Positions 50,155 to 57,404 of a stretch of 64,000 nt of DNA are shown piece by piece (position 1 is the stretch's first letter; each line of letters opens with the position of its first letter). This DNA comes from Hyphomicrobiales bacterium (GTDB lineage Bacteria; Pseudomonadota; Alphaproteobacteria; Rhizobiales; Rhizobiaceae). The position numbers were made by a program, and so were the translations under genes. The notes below the pieces were generated by a model. It worked only from the letters and a program-made list of their open reading frames with translations. It was not told where the DNA came from and ran no database searches. The stretch covers positions 29,087 to 93,086 of the forward strand of contig PAPH01000005.1 of the NCBI GenBank assembly GCA_002709005.1, read 5' to 3'.

Positions 50155-50289
50155 ATGACTACGACAATTTTGAAACCGAAACTGCAGTATCGCGCACCGG
50201 TCGTTCGCAAATCGATGGTTGCTCTTCAGACCGTGACGGCCGCTCCGCCCGTCAGCGGATACAACTATCCTCCCACCAACGGGAACTGA
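50155..50289 (+). CDS. RiPP precursor D, 44 aa: MTTTILKPKLQYRAPVVRKSMVALQTVTA|APPVSGYNYPPTNGN
   Basis: GGGGGA RBS; shares KPK..Y..P..RK....LQ.VTA and PVSGY with precursor B. Confidence 0.82.
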   Translation: MTTTILKPKLQYRAPVVRKSMVALQTVTAAPPVSGYNYPPTNGN

Positions 50290-50784
50290 TCACTTAGGCT
50301 TTGGCTAATGCCTGGTTTCGCATTCGCGAAAGTCGGGCGCGTAAAGCAAAAAGGCAGGCCGGGCGCCATGTCCGGCTTGTTCCTCATTTTCATCCGCAGG
50401 CGATAATACTGGAAAGCCAAAAGGTCACGAAGCCAGTTGCTCCGACAAGAGCGGGGCAAGGTCGAAATGGTACGTGACGGCTTCCGATGCCAGTGCTCCC
50501 TCGATCCATCCCTGATGGCGTGAGAGGCTTTCACCGCAGATATGCAGCTCGCCCCCGCGAATTGGACGGGTGGAAGCGTGAATGATTCCCGCCGGATCGT
50601 GTCCGTGTCGCCAGAGGGGAAAGGCGGCTGTAAAATCCGCCCGCCCACGCGGTCGGATGCCTCCGAGAGAGTAGTGCTGGAGCTGGAAAATCCCGATCGG
50701 GCGAGACGCCAGGCCGCGTAAAGCCCGGCAATTGTGGGTGATAACTTGGCTGCGGCGGCATGGTTTGTGGAAAGCGCGGACGTG

Positions 50785-51816
50785 TCAACGATTTGATCGA
50801 AGCATCGCCCGGTAGATATAGCGCTGCGGCAGCAAGCGCCACCGGTCGCTATCCTTCGCGCCGAGAACCATCTCGGAGGTAATCAGGCGGCGTTCCCATC
50901 TGGCCCCGCGCACCTGTCCAAGATGATCGGCGAGTGAACGGCAATCCGCGCAGTCGAAAATCTCCGCGGCAAGGCGGACCATCGTCTTGACCGCAAGTCC
51001 CGCGTTCGACCGTCCCGCACGTTCAGCCAGTTCGTCCTTGTCCACGCCCGCGCGGACGAGGACGAGACCGTCGACCACATATTGCAGGCGACCGAAAAGG
51101 TGGGAGGTCGCACCATGCAGGCCCGCGAGCACGAGCCTGGAAGCGCCGGTTATGCCGCCGGCTTCCGGGCTTGCGTAGAGATCCCAGGTCAAGGTCTGGG
51201 CACTGCGGAGTTCAGGCGCGTGCACCACATCGGTATGCACCTCGACATGGGTCGTGCCGCCAAACTCCTCCCTGCGAACGAAGCTGCGCTCTGTGAATTC
51301 GACGCGTCCCGCCTTCGGCTCGATCGCGTCATATCCGAGGTCGGCCAGAATCTTGCCGAGCGCCTCTTCCGCATCCGGCCGGACGAGGAGATCGACATCG
51401 GAGAATGTGCGCAGGTCCAGCCCTCCATAGCCGTGCTCCGCGAAATCCGCGCCCTTGACCACAGTGGCGGGGAGACCGGCCGCATCCACCCTGCGCATGA
51501 TCTCCGTCGAAGCGTCCGCCAGTAGGGTCGAGCGGGCGAAATCCATCATCCGCTCGTTCTGGACCAGATCGGTTATCTTGTCCTTCACATCAGCGAATGT
51601 CTTTTCCCGGCCAATCAGAGCCTCCGGCGCGGTGGCGAGCTGTCTGCCGACATTGCGCGTCAGTGCCGGCCGCACATTGTGGCGGGCGGCGAGCGCGAGC
51701 AGCGCCTCGAGCGACTGGATCGTGTCCACTGTATAGGGAGCGGGAGTGAAGCGGGAATTGATGCCGCGGGGGTCGGCGAGGCGAGCCAGCCATTGTCCGT
51801 GCTGTTTGACCGTCAC
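50785..51816 (-). CDS. Nucleotidyltransferase family protein (NTP_transf_5-like)
   Basis: VVKG..Y....RTFSDVDLLV and VEVH motifs; GTG start 2 nt after the kinase stop. Confidence 0.8.
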   Translation of the reverse strand: MTVKQHGQWLARLADPRGINSRFTPAPYTVDTIQSLEALLALAARHNVRPALTRNVGRQLATAPEALIGREKTFADVKDKITDLVQNERMMDFARSTLLADASTEIMRRVDAAGLPATVVKGADFAEHGYGGLDLRTFSDVDLLVRPDAEEALGKILADLGYDAIEPKAGRVEFTERSFVRREEFGGTTHVEVHTDVVHAPELRSAQTLTWDLYASPEAGGITGASRLVLAGLHGATSHLFGRLQYVVDGLVLVRAGVDKDELAERAGRSNAGLAVKTMVRLAAEIFDCADCRSLADHLGQVRGARWERRLITSEMVLGAKDSDRWRLLPQRYIYRAMLRSNR

Positions 51817-51818
51817 CC

Positions 51819-52823
51819 TTACGCCCCCACCCTGAGCGCGGCCGTCATTGCAGACGATATGACGTCGGACAACGTGTCGAGGTTCTCGCCGGCGGAAAGC
51901 TCGAATGTCGGGACACTCGCAACCATGTCGGCCAGAGCGGAAAAGCGGTGCTGGGCGCGTGATGTCATGCCCGCGGGGCGCCATGCAACATTGTCGTGGG
52001 CGATCGCGACGAGTGCGTCTCCCTTGGGCATGGGACGCAGGATATGATCTCCGGACGACCGCTCCCCGAGAAAGACGATGGCCCCCAGCTTGTTGGGGCG
52101 GGGCGTGTCGACCATTCCGATCAGGCCTTCCAGTTGCGCAAGCGGTACGGATTGTTCGCCGAACCGGTTCCAGGCTTCCGGGAACTCGCCGAGCCACGGC
52201 AGGAGACGCGCGGTATTGAAATGAACCTTCATCGCGCGTGGAATACCCCAGACGAGCGGCCAGTCGGTGTTTTCGTGCAGCACGCTGGCATCGTCGGTGG
52301 ACAGGGTGAAACCCTTGTGCGCGAGACTGAGCGAGGTCGTTGTCTTGCCGCCACCCGATTTGACGAAGATAAGCAGTTCGCGCCCCGTGGCATCGTGCGT
52401 CAGGCAGGCGGCATGCAGCAGATGCAATCCGTCTCGCGCCATCGCGGCGGAGACAACCAGAAAAATCGACAGAAGATGAAAATGCCGCCATGCGCCGGGC
52501 ATGAGCTGGGCTTCGCTTCTTGCGGTGTCGTAGGAGATGTGGAGCCGCGCCGAATTCTCGACATACTGCACAGCCTCCTCGTCGGATTCATAGATCTTCG
52601 AATAGTGACCTTCCGGCAGCTTTCCGTCCCAGGTTACGGGCATGTCTGGAGGCGGGGACAGGCTGTCGGTCTCTTCCAGCTTCAGGAAGAAGGCTTCAGG
52701 GGGCGCGGTTTCTTGGGAAACGAATGGTGCGAACGAATCCACCAGCGTGTCCAGCCAGTCCGGCCGGCCTTCGATGAGGAGATGGGCGCCGAAAAATTCG
52801 AGATGAAGACGGTCGTCAGCCAT
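51819..52823 (-). CDS. HPr-kinase-like peptide kinase
   Basis: LLHAA, P-loop KSGGGKTT, LSTDD; start overlaps the B2 stop. Confidence 0.75.
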   Translation of the reverse strand: MADDRLHLEFFGAHLLIEGRPDWLDTLVDSFAPFVSQETAPPEAFFLKLEETDSLSPPPDMPVTWDGKLPEGHYSKIYESDEEAVQYVENSARLHISYDTARSEAQLMPGAWRHFHLLSIFLVVSAAMARDGLHLLHAACLTHDATGRELLIFVKSGGGKTTTSLSLAHKGFTLSTDDASVLHENTDWPLVWGIPRAMKVHFNTARLLPWLGEFPEAWNRFGEQSVPLAQLEGLIGMVDTPRPNKLGAIVFLGERSSGDHILRPMPKGDALVAIAHDNVAWRPAGMTSRAQHRFSALADMVASVPTFELSAGENLDTLSDVISSAMTAALRVGA

Positions 52824-53277
52824 GGGCGATATCCGAGGTGCGAAGGTGGCCGGTGTCACCGGAAATTGTTCCGCCGTCATAGCTGAAGAGATCGACCATC
52901 GGCTCGGGGCAGGGGTTGAGGATCGTTTCGCCGTCCAGCATGACGCGGCAATGCGCGCGCGGACGGCTATCCGAGAGGCTGGAGGGCGCGATCGAGAAGT
53001 GAAGCTCGGGGTGAAAGCCCGCGAGCCGGAGGAACCGGAACGCGAGCAAACCCTCGCGCAGACACCGGCGGTCGCGCATCACCCAGGGACGTCGCGCCGC
53101 GCGCTTGACGATTTCGACGATCTCGCGCGACCCGATCCCGGCATATCGCGGAGACGGACGGTTGGGTGTCGCAAGACGCAACAGCGCGTCCAGCGAGCGA
53201 TGTGTTGCGAGAATCGGCAGAAGACGTGCCGCGAGCCAAACCTCTCTCCGGCAGGCTTTAACCGCTTCGCTCGTCAT
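52816..53277 (-). CDS. Lasso-type B2 leader peptidase (transglutaminase-like)
   Basis: RCLREGL (catalytic Cys), AHC (His), LDG (Asp); directly downstream of the PqqD gene. Confidence 0.82.
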   Translation of the reverse strand: MTSEAVKACRREVWLAARLLPILATHRSLDALLRLATPNRPSPRYAGIGSREIVEIVKRAARRPWVMRDRRCLREGLLAFRFLRLAGFHPELHFSIAPSSLSDSRPRAHCRVMLDGETILNPCPEPMVDLFSYDGGTISGDTGHLRTSDIAHG

Positions 53278-53279
53278 GG

Positions 53280-53579
53280 TCAGGCGATCCGGATCAGCTT
53301 CTGGTCCAGAAGTTCGCCGGCGATCGAGGTCAGATCCGATTCGAGAATCTCGCGGTCGACATCGAAGATGCCGTGCAGCCGTCCAACCGCATCCGAAAGC
53401 GTCGTCTTTCCGTCGAGTGTTTCGAGGAAGGCGACCGTGGTGTCGTTGACCGTGTACATTTCCCCGGAATCAAGCTTGAGGAGGACGCCCCCTTCGCTTT
53501 CCCCCATGGCCTTCAGCGTGACTTTCGATGCCAATTCGAGACAGCAGGAAAGATTCACTTCATTTTCCGACATCGCCAA
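53280..53579 (-). CDS. PqqD-family RiPP recognition element (lasso B1-like)
   Basis: VLLKLDSGEMYTVNDT..LDGKTTL....L...FDVD..ILESDL......LLDQKLI. Start may be the ATG at 53573. Confidence 0.85.
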   Translation of the reverse strand: MAMSENEVNLSCCLELASKVTLKAMGESEGGVLLKLDSGEMYTVNDTTVAFLETLDGKTTLSDAVGRLHGIFDVDREILESDLTSIAGELLDQKLIRIA

Positions 53580-53647
53580 TCATTCTCCCCCTGTCGAAGC
53601 CTGTTTTCGAGAAGGGCGCATTCGCCCGACCCGCTTTCAAAGGTCCA

Positions 53648-53968
53648 TTAGCCCCGACTGTCGTCTTCGACGCAATAGATCGTATACAGCAGTTGCAATA
53701 TCCGCTCGACTTCATTCGAAGCAAGCCGATAGTAAATTTGCTGACCGTCGCGCCGCGTGGATACAAGATTGGCCGCCCGCAATTTTGCGAGTTGCTGGGA
53801 CATTGCGGACTGGCTCATGCCGACAAGGTCCATCAGTTCGGTAACCGTGACCTCGGTGTCGACCAGATGGCAAAGGATCATCAGACGGTTGCGATTTGCC
53901 AAGGCGGCAAGGAGCCCGGAAGCCGCATTGGCGCGGCCGTGCATCTTGGATGGTTGCAAGTTTATCAT
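53648..53968 (-). CDS. ArsR/SmtB regulator, BigR/SqrR-like (two Cys)
   Basis: LANRNRLMILCHL, SQSAMSQQLAKLR, RRDGQQIYY, C-terminal IYC. Confidence 0.85.
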   Translation of the reverse strand: MINLQPSKMHGRANAASGLLAALANRNRLMILCHLVDTEVTVTELMDLVGMSQSAMSQQLAKLRAANLVSTRRDGQQIYYRLASNEVERILQLLYTIYCVEDDSRG

Positions 53969-54380
53969 GTCAATTGGTTTTAGAAATACTTTCGCCGCGT
54001 TTGAAGTCGGAACGGCTTTCGCATCTCAAACATGCTAAAACCGCACCCCCGTGTGACTTCCAAAAGCAGAAGGTCGATACGGGTTCATCGGCATTTAGCA
54101 CGCTTAAGGGCTTGTCGGGAAGTAAGAATCTCAAGTAATCCGACAATGTGTCAGGAAAAATAGGGATAAATCATCAAGCCGTTATGTATCATTTGCGGCG
54201 ACAATTTCCTGTTTTCCGGCGCTGTCATGTATTTCCCTTACGGAAGGTATTCCGGGTCAGTCGCCCGCCGGAATCGCACCCCTTGCGAAATGAAAGCCTT
54301 CGTTCCGCTGCCCTCTTGCATTGCCGGTCGTAAATAAATATATATCAATATAAGCATTAATTAAGAGATGAGGTTAACGC

Positions 54381-54581
54381 ATGACTCTCGACCGCGCCGT
54401 TCTCGGATTCGCCGGATTGATGGTCCTGTTGTCGGTCGTCCTGACCGTCTGGGTGTCGCCCTGGTTCGTTTGGCTGACGGTGTTCGTCGGCGCCAACCTG
54501 CTTCAATCGTCACTGACCGGGTTTTGTCCGGCGGCGATGATACTTCGCAAGCTGGGAGTGGAACCAGGCCGGGCATTCTGA
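54381..54581 (+). CDS. DUF2892 / YgaP-like membrane protein
   Basis: GAGG RBS; DRAVLGFAG, FVGANLLQSSLTGFCPA. Confidence 0.85.
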   Translation: MTLDRAVLGFAGLMVLLSVVLTVWVSPWFVWLTVFVGANLLQSSLTGFCPAAMILRKLGVEPGRAF

Positions 54582-54626
54582 TTGAGGCGACCTCAAGCCT
54601 ATACCGGACCCCACCGCACAAAACCC

Positions 54627-54668
54627 AAAAAGAACCGCCCCCGGTTGAATGTCCGGGAGCGGTTCTTT
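54627..54668. terminator. Probable bidirectional terminator
   Basis: AAAAAGAACCGCCCCCGG..CCGGGAGCGGTTCTTT. Confidence 0.6.
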
Positions 54669-54689
54669 CAGCTCTGATAATCTGGTCGA

Positions 54690-54800
54690 TCAGAAGGTGG
54701 CAACCGGCAGCGGTCTACTCACATGAAAATGAAGAAGAACCGAGAAGTTGGCGAGAGTTGCCGCGGCGATCAACAAAGCGCCTAACCCAAGAACAGTCAT
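54690..54800 (-). CDS. Putative small membrane peptide, 36 aa: MTVLGLGALLIAAATLANFSVLLHFHVSRPLPVATF
   Basis: GGAG 8 nt upstream of ATG; one hydrophobic stretch; ends before the terminator. Confidence 0.35.
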   Translation of the reverse strand: MTVLGLGALLIAAATLANFSVLLHFHVSRPLPVATF

Positions 54801-54934
54801 TGCTCGTACTCCGAAGGCTTCATTGCCTCTGTCGTGAACCAATTTGCCACTGACGTCTTGCGCGAACCTTGCCGGCGATCCGCGGGCGAGCAGTATAGAT
54901 ATCCTTTCCATTTTCTTGCCGACCCCCTCAATGT

Positions 54935-54972
54935 GCAACCATGCGTTAACCTTCACGCAAGGAATTAACCAT
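54935..54972. promoter_or_regulatory. CtrA-like boxes upstream of the che operon
   Basis: GCAA-N7-TTAAC (degenerate full site) and a TTAACCAT half-site. Confidence 0.5.
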
Positions 54973-55183
54973 AAGAATTTCCCGTAGCGCGACGGATTGT
55001 AGGCGCAGGGAAAACCGCCCCGCCACATAGGCATGATGCCGCTCCGAAGCTTCCGGATCGAACCGGAATTGCCGTTTTCGATAGTTGAGCGAAGCGCGCC
55101 CCGATGCCGCACTCACAGCGGTACGCGGAGAAGCCGCCGCTTTCCACACATGCAAGTCCACTGATGTGGAATGGGGGACACAA

Positions 55184-56701
55184 GTGACGCAAGCCCACCA
55201 GATGGCGCGGGATCCGGCAGCATTTGCCGGTCTCCAGTCGCGCCTGGGTCTGATCGGACTTGATGAAGCCGATCGTGCGCGCCTGCGCGCCTTGCGTCCC
55301 ACGGTGGAGGAGCAGGCGCGTGCCGCGCTCTCCGATTATTTCCGGTATCTCGAAACGCAGCCGGATACCGTGCGGCTGTTTTCCTCCTCCCGCCAGATAG
55401 ATCGACTTCAGGAACTGGAGGTGGCCCACTGGTCGATCCTCGCCGACGGCCGTTTCGATACGCTCTATGCCGATCGTTCGGTCATTCTCGGCGACGTCCG
55501 GCGGCGGATCGGTCTCGACCATGGCTGGTCGATCGGCGGTCATGCCATCGTTCTCGAAGCGGTTATCCGCAAACTGGCCGAGAGCGGCGCCGGCCGTTTC
55601 GATCTGTTCTCGAGCAACCGCAAGCGCCGCGAATTCACCGAAAATGTCATTGCCGCCGTCAAGGCGGTTCTTCTCGATATCGATGTGCAGTTCTCGCATC
55701 GTCTCAATGAGGAGATCCGCGATCGCGACGAAGCCCATTCAAGGGAACTCGAGGAAGCCCATGCCCGCGTGGCGGAGAGCTTCGGCAAGGTCGTCGATGC
55801 CCTTGCCGCCGGTGACCTCGACCGGCGCGTGGAAACCGACCCGGCGGGGCCGCATTCCGACCTCGCCCTTCGCTTCAACGCGATGATCGACCATCTGACC
55901 TCCATGCTCGATACCTCCCGCGAGGGAGTGTCCGGCGCGGCCCAAAGCATCGATGAACTGTCGCGGAACGTGGCCGGCGTGCGCGCCGAACTCGGCGAAA
56001 CGGCCGGCAACCTTTCAAGCGGACAGGAGCGGCTTTCGGAAGTGGCCCGGGAAATCCGCATTGCCGCCGAAAGCGCCAAAACCGCCGAGGACGTCATCGC
56101 GGTCGCCCGCGCCAGCGCAGAAAAGAGCGATCTCGTTGTCGCGCGCGCCATCGATGCCATGGCGGGCGTGGAAACCTCCGCCGAGGAAATCGGCAAGATC
56201 ATCGGCGTCATCGACGAAATTGCCTTCCAGACCAACCTTCTGGCGCTCAATGCGGGTATCGAGGCGGCGCGCGCTGGCGATGCGGGCCGCGGGTTTGCCG
56301 TGGTGGCGCAGGAAGTCCGCGCGCTTGCCCAGCGCTCTGCCGGGGCTGCGAGCGAGATCAAGTCGCTTGTGGCAGGCACGAAATCGCAGGTCGGCAAGGG
56401 CGTGGAACTGGTCGGCGACACCCGGTCGGTCATCTCCGATCTGGTTGCCCAGGTCGAACGCATCAATGATGCCGTCAGCGGTGTCGGCACGTCCGGCCTT
56501 TCCCATGCTAGCGCGATCGAGGATGCCGCCCGCGACATCGGCGCCGCCGGAACCCGCATTGAAAGCGGATCGCGACACGCCGGTGCGGTTGCCGAGGAGG
56601 CCCGCGATCTCGGTATGGTGATTGCCGAACTCGGCGCGCGCATCCGGTCCTGTCGAACGTTTGAGCAAATCGAAGTCAGCGATCGGAGGCTGACCGGATG
56701 A
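55184..56701 (+). CDS. Soluble globin-coupled methyl-accepting chemotaxis protein (IcpA/McpE-like)
   Basis: Protoglobin-like N-terminus; [30 protein letters not shown]; first gene of the che operon. Confidence 0.85.
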   Translation: MTQAHQMARDPAAFAGLQSRLGLIGLDEADRARLRALRPTVEEQARAALSDYFRYLETQPDTVRLFSSSRQIDRLQELEVAHWSILADGRFDTLYADRSVILGDVRRRIGLDHGWSIGGHAIVLEAVIRKLAESGAGRFDLFSSNRKRREFTENVIAAVKAVLLDIDVQFSHRLNEEIRDRDEAHSRELEEAHARVAESFGKVVDALAAGDLDRRVETDPAGPHSDLALRFNAMIDHLTSMLDTSREGVSGAAQSIDELSRNVAGVRAELGETAGNLSSGQERLSEVAREIRIAAESAKTAEDVIAVARASAEKSDLVVARAIDAMAGVETSAEEIGKIIGVIDEIAFQTNLLALNAGIEAARAGDAGRGFAVVAQEVRALAQRSAGAASEIKSLVAGTKSQVGKGVELVGDTRSVISDLVAQVERINDAVSGVGTSGLSHASAIEDAARDIGAAGTRIESGSRHAGAVAEEARDLGMVIAELGARIRSCRTFEQIEVSDRRLTG

Positions 56702-56729
56702 TGTTGTCTGCAACTCTGGAGAAACGCCC

Positions 56730-57026
56730 ATGAGCGATTCCGATGAAACACCGCACGTATTGAAACTGCCGGCAGTCCTGGATCTGCCCGCCGCCAGCAG
56801 GCTCCACGAGCAGGTGCTTACCCTGACCGAAAAGAATATCGCCGTGGACGCGACGGAGGTGTCGCGTGTCGGCGCCCAGTGTGTGCAGGTGCTGCTCTCC
56901 GCCGCCCAGAGCTGGCGGGATTCGGGCCATGCCTTCTCGGTCAATCAAGCTTCCGAAACATTCGCGAAGACCCTTCAGCTTCTTGGGGTCACGGATGAAT
57001 CAGTCGTTCCCATGGAGATCATATGA
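56730..57026 (+). CDS. cheS: STAS-domain chemotaxis protein (CheS-like)
   Basis: LPAVLDL, VDATEVSRVGAQCVQVLL; lies between the MCP and cheY. Confidence 0.75.
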   Translation: MSDSDETPHVLKLPAVLDLPAASRLHEQVLTLTEKNIAVDATEVSRVGAQCVQVLLSAAQSWRDSGHAFSVNQASETFAKTLQLLGVTDESVVPMEII

Positions 57027-57391
57027 TGAAGAAGAAAGTTCTGACGGTGGATGACTCCCGCACCATCCGCAACATGCTGCTCGTCACGCTCAACAATGCC
57101 GGCTTCGAAACCGTGCAGGCCGAGGATGGCGTCGAGGGCCTGGAAGTCCTCGAGGAATCCAATCCCGACGTGATCGTCACCGATATCAACATGCCGCGGC
57201 TCGATGGCTTCGGCTTTATCGAGGGCGTGCGGCGCAACGACCGGTACCGGGCGATCCCCATTCTGGTTCTCACCACCGAAAGCGATCCGGAAAAGAAGAA
57301 CCGCGCGCGCGAAGCGGGAGCCACCGGATGGATCGTCAAGCCGTTCGACCCCACCAAACTGATTGCCGCGATCGAGCGAGTTACCGCCTGA
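57023..57391 (+). CDS. cheY: Chemotaxis response regulator CheY1
   Basis: VDDS, TDINMP, GWIVKPF. Confidence 0.92.
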   Translation: MMKKKVLTVDDSRTIRNMLLVTLNNAGFETVQAEDGVEGLEVLEESNPDVIVTDINMPRLDGFGFIEGVRRNDRYRAIPILVLTTESDPEKKNRAREAGATGWIVKPFDPTKLIAAIERVTA

Positions 57392-57404
57392 TAGGACAGC
57401 CGCT

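Noticed and set aside
49962-50297. 111-aa plus-strand ORF in the track
   Set aside because: It overlaps precursor D out of frame, starts in AT-rich promoter DNA and has no recognisable motif.
50600-50730. Resemblance to cobalamin or guanidine-I riboswitch fragments, or a tRNA arm
   Set aside because: Only short partial matches; core consensus elements are missing and there is no downstream gene on the plus strand to regulate.
51817-52491. N-terminal extension of the 568-aa NTase ORF
   Set aside because: It overlaps the kinase gene out of frame and is Arg/Ala-rich noise. The real start is probably the GTG at 51816.
49164-53579. Annotation as a conventional lasso peptide cluster
   Set aside because: There is no cyclase in the window, and the cores lack a suitable ring acceptor and tail.
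39360-54900. Integrative element at tRNA-Phe or tRNA-Thr
   Set aside because: No integrase, transposase or duplicated tRNA 3' end (att site) could be found by eye.
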